Below, one piece after another: positions 39,685 through 53,631 of a DNA stretch of 64,000 bases; the stretch's first letter is position 1; each line of letters begins with the position of its first letter. This DNA is from Eledone cirrhosa (Eukaryota), in the NCBI GenBank assembly GCA_964016885.1, contig OZ024744.1:68138001-68202000 (forward strand), written 5' to 3'. A program made the position numbers and the translations under genes. Under the pieces are notes generated by a model that was not told where the DNA came from, did no database searches, and was given only the letters and a program-made list of their open reading frames with translations.

Positions 39685-42600
39685 ATGGCAGCGAAACTGA
39701 GATTGAATAGGGAGACAATCAAGGCTTTTAACAGCAAAGGAGATGTGGCCTGGTTGAGAAAGGTCACATTGGTCGCCTCGCTGCAAGGCATTGACAACAT
39801 TGATGGTTTGATAACTCTATATCTCGACGGGGATGCCCTAGCACTGTACCTCGAGATGGACGAGAGCGACCAACTGAACGCGGAGAGGATAGGGCAGCGA
39901 CTTAAGGAAGCATTCACCGAGGGGCCATACGTTGCTTTTGCCAAGCTAGGCAGAGTGAGGTGGCAGGGAGATCACGTGGACGTGTTCGCGACAGAGTTAC
40001 GGCTATGTTGGCCGGATTCACGGTAGGACACGAATGTGCCGTATAGTTGGCTTTTATGAATGGGCTCCTCGACGAAATCTCCATGAAGCTCCAACAGCTG
40101 CCTGGCAACAGGGAGAGGAGAATGAGCGAGCTCATCGCACAGGCTCGCGTAATAACACAGGACACGAGGTGGAGTGTTGCAGAGCTGGCATCGACGGAAG
40201 CCCATGGCAGTCGACAGCGACCAATGTACGACGAAAGGAGACCAGCCGCTGTGAATAGTCGTCCGCGTGCGTTCGGAGGCCGGTGTTTGAGGTGCCAGGG
40301 CCTGCACATGGCAAGGGACTGCATAGAGCTGAAGCCAACGATAGTCTGCTATCGGTGCAAGTGACCAGGCCACATCGCTAATAATTGCGACCAGGGAAAT
40401 GGTCTAAGGGGAGCTAGTGTGCTGGTAACCACCCCTGGAGGCGTGTAGAGGTGCCTTTGCAGTCGCTGTCCATAGTGAAAGTTTTGGTGGAAGGAAGCCA
40501 TTGCGAGCACTCGTGGACACGGGTTGCACAACAACACTAGTGACCACGGAGGTGGTTAAAAAGTGGAGTGGGATGAGCAGTATAAGGGAGATTAGATGCA
40601 GAGGTACTAGCAAGGTATCGATGGTGGTATGGGGCAGAAAAGTTAGGCTTTGTGCGATCGTGATTGACCAGGTGGTGGACGAAATCGATGTAGTAATGGG
40701 CATGGACACGATTGGCTGCCTTGGAGGTGTTACAGTGACTGAAGTCGGGGTGACATTTGGTAACGAGAGGACATCATGTGCTGTGAGCGTGCTGGGAGAA
40801 TCCACAAAGAACAGGGCGATCCACGAAGAAAATACCATACAGGCTAGCGTGGAAGAACGGACGTAAAACGGTGAAGATGATGATGATGATGATGATGATG
40901 ATAAGGATTTCAGGGCGGTGTTCGATGGCCAGCGGTTGGTAGTTGAGTGATACTGGAAGGGAGCGCCACCAACGCAGAAGAACAGAGTGGGCTGCTATCA
41001 GCATACTCTAAAAGGAAATGCCAGAAGCGAGTTTGAGGGAGAGGTACAAAGATGGATCGAGGAGGGTATACTGCTTCCTTGGAAGGAGGAGGTAAAGTGT
41101 GGAGTGTTGTCACTGATGGCAGTGGTGCAGCCCACGAAGAACAAGGTTAGGCCGGTGCTGGACTTTCGTGAGTCGAACGAACACGTGTCATGCCACACAG
41201 GCGGTGAGGTCACGGATGTTTGCGGGGAAACTTTGTGAGAATGGAGACGAATGACGAGGGCCTCCACGATTGTCGACTTAAAGTCGGCATATCTGCAGTT
41301 ACACGTGGATGAGAAGCTGTGGAAATATCAGCTGGTCAGGTTTAAGGGCCAGACATACTGCCTGACCAGGCTTGGCTTCGGGTTGAACTCTGCGTCAAAA
41401 ATCATGGCGACGACAAGGTGAAGAGGGCCACCAACTCCTACATCAACGATATCTTGGTGGACAAGACAGTGGTGTCAGCAGCAGAGGTCTCAGGCCACTT
41501 GGGAAGGTTAAGGCTCACTGCGAAACCGCCGGAGGCGATGGAAGGAGGGTCCGCGCTAGGACTCAGGTTGCAAAGGGATAAGACGGGCACACTCGTGTTT
41601 TGGGGGGAGGGGGTAACGAAGTCCCGGAACTGGGCCCCAATATGAATAGACGGGAACTCTTCTCAATGTGGTAAATTGGTGGGGCACTATCCAATTGCAG
41701 AGTGGCTCCGAACGGCATGCAGCTATGTCAAGAGACAAGCAGACGGAGTGAGCTGGACTGACAGGGTTGGAGAGAGGACAGTGGCCATGATGCAGGAAAT
41801 TGTGGAGAGGGTAAAGGTGGATGACCCAGTGAAAGGACGCTGGTACGTCCCCAAATTGGAGAGCAGAACTGTATGGTGTGATGCCAGCAGCATAACACTA
41901 GGGAGGAACTCTGGAGATAGGGGGCATGGGGGGTCGAGGACGCAGTCTGGCCCAGGAAGGAGGACTACAACTACATTAACATGGTCGAACTGGATGCTGT
42001 GCTGAGAGGGGTGAATCTCGCCGAGATGGGGGCTGCGCACCATAGAAATCCGCACTGACTCAGTGCTTACCAGTGAGAGGAGGGTGGGAACGAGAGGATC
42101 AGCAGAAATTTTGATAAAGCACCGCCCGGGAATCTGGGAGAGCTGTCCACTGAGTTCGGCCTGGAGTTGAGTGTAGTTTTTGTGCCCTCAGAGAAAAACA
42201 GGGGAGACGTATTAACCAGGGTGAAGAAAGCCTGGCTGGAAACGCCAGGGGACGCAGAGACGGGGATAGCGGCAGTGTGTCGGCTGAGTGATTCGGAGTT
42301 GAGGAGACTGCACGCCATGCACCACATGGAGGTGGATAGGACTGTTCCTAGCCAGAAGAATCTACTCTGAGTGTCCAGAGAGTGGTTGGAGACTGCGACA
42401 GATGCCAGTATATCGACCCTGCCCCGGGTGTGCACGAGGCAGGAAGCATCCCGGTGGAGCACAACTGGTAGCGATTAGTGGTGGACGTAACACACTACCG
42501 ACAAGGAACGTATCTTTCGATTGTGGACCGGGGGTGGATGGCGATATGGAGGGAAATGAAGACAGGGACTGCGGAGGAAATCGTGTGGACGCTGAGAGAG

Positions 42601-43100
42601 ATATTCTTGGAGTGGGGCCCTGTGGATGAACTGCTGATGAACAACAGCAGGCGTTTCGCTAAGAGGCGCTGAGGCAAACGCATTCAAGTGGAAGGTGTAC
42701 CGCTTCTTCAGAGCGGCACACAGGCCGAGCGGAAATGGGATCGTGGAGAGACATCATCGCACGATCAAGGCCATGGCAGAAAGGGGACACATTTCGCCAA
42801 CGGAGGCAGTGTTCTGGTACAACATGTCTCCGCGGGTGGGACAGGCCGAGGAGTCGGTGTCGCACAGGGCAATATACAGATATGAATGGCGACACCCGTG
42901 CACGGTACCACAGCAGCCGAAGGAGAGAGCGCATTCGTACGAGTAGGCGAAGAGGTATGGGTCAAGCCCCCGAACACGCATTGCATATATCAATGGGGAA
43001 AGGGAATGGTAACCGCCGTTAAATTCCTAAAACAACGTGTCTGTGGATGGAATGCCACGTCATGTCTTGGATGTCCATAGAGTCGTTGGGGTGACGGACG
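39685..43100 (+). mobile_element. Ty3/Gypsy retrotransposon internal region (gag-PR-RT-RH-IN), degraded, no LTRs seen
   Basis: Two CCHC knuckles (CLRCQGLHMARDC; CYRCK*PGHIANNC), protease ALVDTG, RT (RPVLDFR, YINDILV), RNase H (VWCDAS, ELDAV, IRTDS), integrase (HAMHH, VDVTHY, PSGNGIVERHHRTIK). Many frameshifts. PR-RT-RH-IN order is the Gypsy order. Confidence 0.9.
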
Positions 43101-43832
43101 TGTGAATTGAGATGCGAGCGGAAAGTATCCCCCCCCCCCCCCCCCACGTGGACCAGAGAGACGCAAGCTAAGTCTGAATGCCTCCGGCTACAAGCAGAAA
43201 CAATTATCAAATATCAACCAAGATATATAAAACTTTGATATGCGATAAACAAAATGTACGTAAATTGTAGCGGATATACAAATATGATGTGTATTTTGGT
43301 AGTTTGAGGAGGAAAGTATATAGTTCCACCGCCCCTGATATTCGTAAGCAAATTGATGCACCAGCAGCAGAGATACACAGGATAAAAAAAATTAAATCAA
43401 CTTTATTATCAAGTGTTTATTTGTATTACAACATAGTTACTTAGTTTTCCTGTATAATATATTAACCTCTTTCATGTAATTTTTTTTTATCACCACAGTT
43501 AAATATGTTTGACTGAGAATCACTGGCATAGAGGTACCTTCGCTGTAGTAGTGTAATTTATTAGTTATTAATATGCGTGTATAATAGACAGCGGTTTGCT
43601 GTGTAGCTGAATACAATTCGTGAGCCTGTGTATGCATGTACATTCGAATGCGTGCGTGTGTACACAGGTAAATGTCTGAAACCCAGTCTCAGAGAAAGAG
43701 AGGGGAAAACATGTAAATAAATAAAATGAAATAGGAGCTTGTGCTGTATATGTGCATATACGAAGGGAAAGGTAAGTTCTAAATAAAAGAGTGGAGGGGC
43801 AACGTTAAGAAAAGTGTTAGCAAATATATACT

Positions 43833-43923
<91 letters not shown>

Positions 43924-44601
43924 AACACGCAACTGTGCATAATGTGGTAGCTGCAAGAAGTGATGATAAATAATTTAACTGATGATTCATGGGTAAGTTT
44001 AGAGTAGTATCCTGTGGAAAATTCCACTCCTTTTTTAAAAAAATGTTTCCCCTACTTTTCTTTGGCTTTTCTTATAAAACGAACGGTATATACATAATCT
44101 TGAATATTATAACAGTTTGTGTAATTTAACGACAATATACTCGCTCGTGTATAGGTCGTACCTTTTCACACAAAAGACACGGTGCGAGAGAAACCAGGAT
44201 ACGCGCGTGCGTATGTGTGGCAATTAAAATTAGAAAGGTAGAAATATGTGTATGTACATTGATAGAAGCGCGCGCGCGCGTGTGTGTGTGTGTGTAAAGA
44301 AAAGAAGTTGAAAAATGCATTTGAAGTTATTAATAAATCGTCTTAAAGACCCGTCCCCTCCCCCCTTAAATATGTTTTCAACTTGTTACCTGTTGTTACA
44401 ATATTGCTACCTGTGTCGAATAATATATATGTAGGAAAGTTTTTGTCCCGCAGGCGCTGAGAAAATAGTTTTAAATTTTTTTTATTTAGCATTCTTCAAA
44501 TAATTAAAAGTAAGACAAAACATGGGGGCGAGGCAAATCTTCCAAAATGTTTTCAAGCATGTCAGGACTCAGCGTTCTCTGCCAACGGTGTTGTCTGTCT
44601 G

Positions 44602-44638
<37 letters not shown>

Positions 44639-44641
44639 GTG

Positions 44642-44709
<68 letters not shown>

Positions 44710-46009
44710 GACAGAGAGAAAGTGGAGGTTGGTATGTAGAGGACGTGTAGGAACAGGTAATAAAAAAGAAAAAAACAATAGGTGGATGCACACGGATGCA
44801 ATATCGGTGAGAGACGGAAAAAATACAAAATTAAGATTAAGCGAGAATTAATTTGATTTGCATCTGTCCAACATCTAGGTCTAAGCAAATCCAATCTAAT
44901 ATACCACAACATCTCTTATCAGTAGCACTCTATTGGAATCTGCCTGTCTGTAGCTTCAGTATAACTAATTCTCTTTCATCTTTTACAACCATTTTATAGA
45001 AAGACTCAATCAAACCACTCCATAGTTTACGAGATATTTTATCAAATCCAACGAAACCTAGGACGATGACACTCAAACCACACCCATTCCCCCTACAGTC
45101 TTCAAAAGAGAAGACTGCAATCTAATATAGTCTATGATACATTTATGTAATGTAGTTCACGATACACATATATGTAAAATAATCTGTAATACACACATGT
45201 AATAACCCTCGATACACACACGTATAATATAGTCCACAATACACATGTTATGCAACCCCTAATACACATATGCAATATAGTTCGCGATACTCAAGTTTGT
45301 GATACACACATGTCTAAATAAAGGACGAGGTGGTGATGATTTGATTACCACTAATCATGGCACATTGCCGTCTTCAAAAAGTAAGGACATGTAGTCTCGA
45401 TAATTCATAAAAGATGAGATAGTCACGTCTGGAACATCTTTGATCAAAGCTTAGAGCTAATCTAGGGGCTAAATAACTAATATGAATGTTTTTATCCCCA
45501 ACTATAACCATACATTGATATATATTACAAATATATTTCTAGCTCTGCTTCTGTTTATCTCTATTTCTTGTGTTTATTTATACATTTTCACCAGTTTGTT
45601 GGTTTAGAGTGTTGAACCCACAACCATAAAGTTGTGAATTCGATTCCCCAACCGAACGGTGTATTGTGTCCTTGAACAAAATATTATATTTCACGTTGCT
45701 CCAATTCACTCAGAGAGAGGGAGGGGGGGGGGATAGGAAGCCCCCTTCAGATTGTAAGAGCGATCAAAATTGTGACCTAATCTTCTGGTGCTCAAACGTG
45801 TTTTAATATACCTGCTCTTTTCCCGACCGATTGAGTACTGTTTACCTCTTCCCCTTTTGACACCTAAGAGAGAGAGAGAGAGAGATGCTGTCGATATGGT
45901 TTAAACTTGAGCCTATATTCCTTGTTGATTTTAGATTTTAACACCAGACAAAGTTTTTATTTATTGTTTGTAATAATCTTTATCTGTACTCCTTGTTGTC
46001 TTTTACTTT

Positions 46010-46051
<42 letters not shown>

Positions 46052-47998
46052 TAGTGTAGATAGAGAATATAATATGTCCAGACAGACAATAGTTCCAGCG
46101 TATTAAAAGTCCCGTGTTTGCTATATTAAATCAACATGAAAACAATAGATATATTATGTTAGTTACTACAGTATGAGGGGGGGGGGGGGGGCTCAAATCA
46201 TCAATGCCCACAAGAGCCTTTTGAGCGTCCCTCCACCACTGTAACTGGTAATATAAGAGATGGTAAAATGGTAAATGATTTCTCAGGAATGAAACAGTTC
46301 TAGTCCTGTAGAAGCCATTTCTATATTAAATATTTATACTCTGCTATGTATTGAATACCTTACTTACTGTGGTTACCCCCGATTGAGCCCGGGATAAACT
46401 TTTATATAGATAGAGGGCGAGAGAAAGAGATATGACCAGAATTGGTAGATGGTACGTGGTAGAGATTTATCACCAGAATTGGTAGAACTAGTGATACTCA
46501 TATAGTGTGATATAGATTTATGAAGCAGAACAGGTAGAACTAGTAGTTGTTTTAAACTTTCGATCAGAACTGGAAAAAAAACCTATTGATGGTATGTATG
46601 TATGTATGTATGATGGTATATGATGTAGCATTAACTTCTCACCAAAATTGGAAGGCATAGTAATAGCATGATGTTTTGATAGTATGATGTGATATAGAAT
46701 GTAGACTAACGTTTTAGATATGTTTTTCCCGTGACGCACTCTGCCAGATGAAATCTTAATCTTAACTTCATGACACTCCATTCTTTGTTTATACATTTGA
46801 AATCCAAGACTATATATTTGATAAGTATTTGAGAGAACATCAAATATGAAAACACCATAATACGAAGAAAGGGTGCTTTACAAACAAGACAACATTTACA
46901 TATTTTAAACCAAACAGTTTAGAACAGGAAAGAAAGCATACTACTTATAAATACAAAACTGTAGAACTGTATAATAAGCATGACTAAAAATAATTGCTAC
47001 ACTTGCCATCTACTGAACTGCTGTGTTAAGCACTTTTTCATAATATTAGACAGATTAGACAGAAGAAAGCCAGGTAGACTGCTAGTAACTATTATATTCT
47101 TTGTGAACTTTTAGTAAGAGGCCTATATTCTCTACCTACCGCTGTCTATGCGACTGACAACAGGTTCCACCAGATAGCACGTGTGTGTATATATATGTGG
47201 AGGTGCATATGTGGATGTGTAGAAGAAAAGCTATTAAGCAAATAAAACTTGTTTTCGACAATGGTAAATGTCTGAATACGTGCGTTAATGCACACATGGA
47301 GGTTGAATGATGTGTCTATTATTTTGCTCTGTCTGTGTATGTATGTATATATATATATTATTCTGGTATGTGTGTGTTTAAGGATGTAAGAGCGTGTGTC
47401 TGTATATTTCTTAGGCATAACTGCCACCTTGGCCTTCAATATTTGAAATGTTATTTTTGTTATTCTATTTTTCCCCCTTTTCACTTTTTTATATTTCTAT
47501 TTTAGATTTTTTTTATTACTTATCTCACTAGCTCTTTTTGATTAAAGTTTGTCATGGCTTACTAGCTCTATACGGACGTTTAAATTGAATATATATATAT
47601 ATATGACTCCCAAACTTTGGCACCGCCGCGAGAAGAGTTCGGCGCGGCGAGTTCTGGCCAAACTTGTCTCGTGACGTGGGCGACCCGTCTAACCCATGCA
47701 AGCATGGAAAATGGCCGTTAAATGGTAATGATGATGACGATGGTGGTGGTGTAAGTGTGTTTGCTCTTTGATGATTATATAAGTTTGACTTTCTTAATAG
47801 TCATTGAAAGAGGGGGAGTGGTATTTTATAAGATTTTATTTTATTTATTACATTCCATCCCCAAATCTAAAATATGCAGAAATCCAGATAACAACCGCAA
47901 AATGTACAAAAACCTGTTTTAATCTATTTGTAGTTAGACTTAAATGTATGCTATTAGATAAATATACATTACATGGTATGTATGTATGCATGTGTGTA

Positions 47999-48046
<48 letters not shown>

Positions 48047-48403
48047 CGTGTGTGTGTTGTGCAATATAAAGAAAGTGAAAGAAATATAAAATAATTTGAG
48101 TTATTTATGTTATCTAATTAATGTTAGGTATGTGTGCATATATATACGTGGGTGATAATTTTTTAGTGGGTCATGCGTGTGACTGTTAGCAGTGAGGGGA
48201 GGGGGGGGGGGGTTACATGTGTATATTACTACGCTGATTCCTGTGGGTGCAGAGCACGCGTTCATGTAGGGATCAACCCACATTCGATAAAATACAAACT
48301 AATGATGTTGTTGAAAATCTGTTGTTATTTTTAAATACTAAATATGTGTATGTATGTGCAATTTTGCTTATTTATTTCGGGAATGTAGATGCAGACCTGC
48401 CAA

Positions 48404-49445
48404 CAGGGCTTGTAAATAATTGATTGGGCGATGCCCAATCAATTAATAGGATTTTGTCTGTTTAACCAATCAATTATTGCAATTAATTGCTGTTGCAGCA
48501 GCATACTCTTGCTACTTTTTGGGGGGGTTTTTTTCAGGAATTTCTTCGGATTTCTATGTTTTGAACATAGGAGATTCCAATGATGCAAAAATAAAGAGAG
48601 AAAAAAATTCAAAATATGAAAAAAAAAAGTTCTGGTTTTTAATTTCGAGAAAGAAATTAGCAAAATATTTCATTTAAACTATGAATAAGCAACTATTTGC
48701 AAATAAAAAGCAATTTATGATTGATTTAAAATTGTAGACACCAATTCCTCATCCCAGTAAGAGCGATTAGCCTTTAGAAACAATTGCATTTCTAAATTCA
48801 AAGGTGATAAGCTTTGGCGAAAATCATTAAAAGCGTATCCCACTGAACTAAAGAAACGTTCTATTATATTTGACGTCGGTAGAATATAAATCTACAATCT
48901 GGATATTTCTTAAATATGCATTTACTCTGCGCTTCTTCAGACAAATTGAAGCGAAATCATCGTCTCCCGCTAAAGAGTCTGAATTTTTCGATATTTCAGT
49001 GAATTCCAATCTGTGTAAAGCGTGTATTTCTAGCACATCAAGCTTTTCTTCTGATTTTTGAAGTATTTTAACAATACCATTCTCGAAATCAGAGCAATAG
49101 ACGATATCTGCCGAAGGCAGCAAGTATTATTTGAATTCTTCATATGGATAAAAGATGAGTATTTCATTGAAGAGAACTCGAACATCCCACAAATTCAATT
49201 TCTTCTCGTTGTAAAGCATCTGTAACTGAACGCAGTTTTCTCAAATTCTCTTCCAAGTTTCTGAGATCTTTGCATTCTCGAGGTGTCAAAAGATAATCAA
49301 TGAGTCCTATTCCAAAAGAATTTCAATTTGAATAAACCTGTCAATCATATCAAATGTACTCGACCAACGCGTTATATTTCTTTGAAGGAGTTTTAGTGTT
49401 GTCTGTTCTCTTAATTTGCCCGCAAGTTTGAAAGATTTCAAAAAT
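48404..49445 (-). mobile_element. hAT transposon 3' portion (transposase pseudogene plus one end)
   Basis: Minus strand NITRWSSTFDMIDRF, ADIVYCSDFENGIVKI and ILPTSNIIERFFS...LEMQLFLKANRSYWD (hAT C-terminal domain). Putative terminus CAGGGCTTG at 48404. Confidence 0.8.
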
Positions 49446-49577
49446 GGGTGGAAGTTGTCCCCGTCGGATGGGGAGAGTTGACAGATCTGCTTAATGTGGT
49501 TCTAAAAATCCAAACGGCGAGTACCATAAAACCTCTAAAAACCTACACGGGGAGTACCATAAAAAGAAGTGACCCCA

Positions 49578-49777
49578 NNNNNNNNNNNNNNNNNNNNNNN
49601 NNNNNNNNNNNNNNNNNNNNNNNNNNNNNNNNNNNNNNNNNNNNNNNNNNNNNNNNNNNNNNNNNNNNNNNNNNNNNNNNNNNNNNNNNNNNNNNNNNNN
49701 NNNNNNNNNNNNNNNNNNNNNNNNNNNNNNNNNNNNNNNNNNNNNNNNNNNNNNNNNNNNNNNNNNNNNNNNNNNNN
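49578..49777. other. Assembly gap (200 N)
   Basis: Run of N. Confidence 1.
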
Positions 49778-50985
49778 GGGTGGTGGTGGGTGGAGCGCGG
49801 TGGAGAGGGGAGAGGGTGGCGGGGGCTCCGAGCGGGGAAGGCTGAAGGTGGTGTTTGTGTATGGGTGTGGGTGTACGTGTGTGTGTGAGTATGTGAATGT
49901 CAGAGTTGGGGGAAGAACGAGGTTCCATCTTCAGGTAAAAGGGAAACCGGTGTGTACATTGGTGTAAGTCGGTACGTGCGTGCGTGTGGATGGAGAGGGG
50001 AGTCCGGAGGTTGAGTGTGTGAATGTGGGGATACGCACGTGTGCGTTTCTGTTTATATGTGGTGCGGGTGTAGGTGGCGTGGTTCGAAAAATAATGTAAG
50101 TGTTTGTTCGTGTGTATGTACCTAAGGTAATTCCACGGAGTGTGAGACAAGATGTTGGAGATTTCACGTGTCGTAGAATGGATAGCAGGAACGATGACCG
50201 GTGGTGTGGTAGTGTGGAAGTGGAGAGATGTGGGGTGCGCGCACAACAGGAAGTGGTCAGAGGGTCAAGGCAGGGTGAAGAGATAGCAGTAGAGGAGGAT
50301 GACAGGTAAAGAAAGGGTCTGTATGTGGAGTGGGCTGTGTGTCTGTGTGTGCGGAGGTGCGGTGGACAGGGGAGAGGATGGGTAGGTGTGAAAGGTGGAG
50401 GGAGACGGTGGTGTGGTGTATATTAGTGGAGGTGTTAGTGGGATGAGTGTGTGAGGGCGTGTAGGTGAAGCGGGGAGAGAGACAGGAAGAGAAAAGGTGT
50501 TGGGGACGGAGGAGGAAGTGTAGTGTACTGGTGTGTGTGCGTGTTTGGATATGAGTGTGTGTGTGGTAGAGAGGGTGTTAGTATTACTGGTGGTGGGGAA
50601 GGCATAAATGCGGGTGTGTAAGTGGGGGTTAGTGGTGGTTGGGTGTATGGAGTGGGTGGTGTATCGGTGTGTACGTAGGTGTGGGTGTACGTGTGATGGT
50701 GTGTGTTCGTGGGTGAGGGGGAAGGTGGGTTGGGGGATATTAGTAATATTAGTTGTGGGGTGGTCAGATGTGGATGTGTGGGTGGGGGTTGGTGGTGGTA
50801 GAAGGGTGTGTGGATAGTGTGAGTGCGTGTATATATGTGCAGGTGGGTGTGTGCGTGTGGGTGTGTGGGTGCACGGATGCTGGGGTGGGGATATTAGTAT
50901 TGTTAGTTGGGTGGAGGGCCGGGGGGGGGGCAGTGTTACTATTAATAGTTGTGGGGTGGGCCAAGAGGGTGGAGGTGGTGAAATA
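49778..50985. repeat. G/T-rich low-complexity region
   Basis: Dense GT/GGT motifs; ORFs here are compositional (H/T/P-rich). Confidence 0.75.
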
Positions 50986-50996
50986 TATATATATAT

Positions 50997-51645
50997 AATA
51001 AAAGTATGTGTTCCTACATGTAAATAATACACATAGGGATACAAGTCCGACCGTATGCCAGTGTGGTTCAATGGCAAGTTAATAAATTAACAAGCCAGAA
51101 CATATAAAATCAAGGGAAAAGAAATAAGGAAAATAATTTTAAAATAAATTTTTAAATAAATTTACTGTATTTACTATATATGCCTTTACCGCGGTTTCAG
51201 ATCCCAAAACAATAGATAATCCAAGCGGATTTTCATTGAGAAAGTGATCCTCGTCAGAAGGCAATTCGCTCTCGGAGAATATAAAAGTTCAAAATACAAA
51301 CTGGCGCCATACAGAACTGCCCCAGCAAATGAATGATGAAACAATTTTGTCTAGTACCTTGTGCAAAGACTTGTGCAAAGACTGAAAGCAAGGTGGACAG
51401 GTCAATCTCGCTACTAAAAATAGCAGCCGTTCAAATGACCAAGGGTTTCTCTACCGTTGGGGATAATATTAATAAAAGTATGTGTTCCTACATGTAAATA
51501 ATACACATAGGGATACAAGTATAGACCGACCGTATGTCAGTGGGGTTCAATGGTAAGTAAATAATTTAACAAACCAGAACATATAAAATCAAGGGAAAGC
51601 AAATAAAGAAAAATTTTTAAAATAAATTAAAAAAAATTCACTGTA
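50997..51645. repeat. ~170-bp direct repeat pair (50997-51168, 51471-51645), Penelope pLTR-like
   Basis: Both begin AATAAAAGTATGTGTTCCTACATGTAAATAATACACATAGGGATACAAGT; the first copy abuts a hammerhead motif. Confidence 0.85.
51181..51263 (-). ncRNA. Type I hammerhead ribozyme
   Basis: Minus strand: TGCCTT-CTGACGA-GGATC-(42 nt)-GATCT-GAAA-CCGCGG-TA-AAGGCA. Complete core, 6-bp stem I, palindromic stem III, GUA site. Confidence 0.85.
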
Positions 51646-51816
51646 ATATATATATATATATATAATACATTTACTCCGTTCCCGTACCACCAACATGCTT
51701 CGACATTGAAGATGGATGAGTTGCGTAACGTCGAGTTGTTTTGTAATATTACGTCATGGTTGACATTGCAGAATGACCAATTCTATCCAGTGGGAAAAAA
51801 CCCACCAAATTTAAAT

Positions 51817-52033
<217 letters not shown>

Positions 52034-52259
52034 AATATATATATATATATGTATATATATATTCCTATTCTAGGGTTGATTTTTAGTTTGCTACTTGGAG
52101 TGGGAAGCAGGCCACTGCCACCATTAAGGTTCCCTGTATAAGTGCTGTTACTGCTAAAATTCCGGCGAATCTGGCTATATGCTAAGGTATTTCTAGTTCT
52201 AGTGTTAAGTTTATTATGGCAGTGGTGAAGTGCTGTGTTATGGCATTTAGGTATGTAAT

Positions 52260-52773
52260 AAAATCTAATCCATCTAATCCTTCTAACATTGACCAACCGC
52301 TTAGGTTAAACAACCCTATTCTCACTAACTGCAGAAGTAACTGCAACTGCCGTTACCCTAATGCATGCCCACTAAATGGACATTGCCTGACACTCAATAT
52401 AGTTTATAGGTGCACGTTTAAAACTGCTGCTCATACCAGCTCCTATATCGGGTCTACCTCTAACCCTTTTAAGGTACGCTATAACGCGCACTCTTTTTCC
52501 TTCCGAGACCCTAACAACAGATGTTCGACATCTCTAGCTAGGCTCATTAAAAACCTTAAATTAACCAGCATTGAACACTCACTAACATGGGATATCTTGG
52601 TTAGGGCCCAACCATTCAATGGACGAAGAAAATATTGTGACCTCTCTCTTACCGAAGCATATTACATAACTCTATCACGACCTCTACCGATTAACGATAG
52701 AACGGAGGTAACTATTAGCTGTCAACATCGAAGGGCTAATTCCTTCGCCAACAGCATATTTGACCCAACATAG
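52260..52773 (+). mobile_element. Penelope-like element GIY-YIG endonuclease remnant 1
   Basis: CNCRYPNACPLNGHCLTLNIVYRC...YIGSTSNPFKVRYNAH...CDLSLTE...INDRTE...CQH. Confidence 0.85.
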
Positions 52774-53170
52774 TCATCTAGCTCCATTTTTACTTGTAGC
52801 TAATAAGTTAAATAGCTATAGCTAACTTAGATAATTATAAGTTACCCCCCCCCCCCCCCTTACATTGTCTCTCAATTAAAAAATAAAAAAAATAAAAAAT
52901 TAGCACTTAACTATAAACTATCCACAATTTCTAATCTCTCGAGGAGTTACTTCCCCTGAAACCACCCTCTAATTAGTAAGGTAAATATGTCCATTGGCGG
53001 CCATCTTGTTACCCATAGGCAGATCTCACACAATGCAGCGTCGACAGAAGAATACTGCTCGACTATGGCAGACAATAGATATACCCAGGACACCACAGTG
53101 AATTACTAATATATGGAACATTACATTTATGTAACATTCTTTCCTTATTTTAATTTATATTCCTTTTGAA

Positions 53171-53289
53171 GTTCCAATGAGCTGCTCTATTTTTACCTAT
53201 GTTCATTATTTTCAACTGAACCAGATCAATAATGATCTATAATCATTTGATCCAGAAATATTATATGGAGTAGCGAAACAATTGTAAAC
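53171..53289 (+). ncRNA. Degenerate hammerhead in Penelope 3' region
   Basis: GTT-CCAATGA (mutated CTGATGA)-GCTGCTCTAT...ATGGAGTAGC-GAAA-CAATTG-TA-AAC. Confidence 0.55.
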
Positions 53290-53631
53290 GGACATTATTA
53301 TTATTATTAATATTATTATTATTATTCTCTACATTCCTTACATCAAACTAAAATATGTTGACAATCTTCTAATAATGTCTTCCTTGTGAAATTTGTGGTC
53401 TTGTTTTGCTTAACTAATGAATATTTCCAGCTCTGTGCACCTAACCTCTGCATGAACATAGCCACCTAGCTGCCTTCAACTGCATATTGCACATTGAGCA
53501 CATGCCTTTACGCTTGGCTTCTAACTAATTCACCAATCTCTCCTCCCTTATCTCCTCTCCTATCTTCACCTCTTTAAGATTGGTTACTCTTAAACTGTGT
53601 ATATATATTTAAGAAAACCCACTGTACTAAT

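Noticed and set aside
43975-44030. CTGATGA...GGAAAATTC as a hammerhead
   Set aside because: No stem I pairing and a poor stem II.
44380-44600. Possible SLC6 promoter or non-coding first exon
   Set aside because: Only a donor-like CAG|GTAAC and mild CpG content; insufficient support.
49448-50246. ORFs spanning the N run
   Set aside because: Artefacts of the assembly gap and low-complexity sequence.
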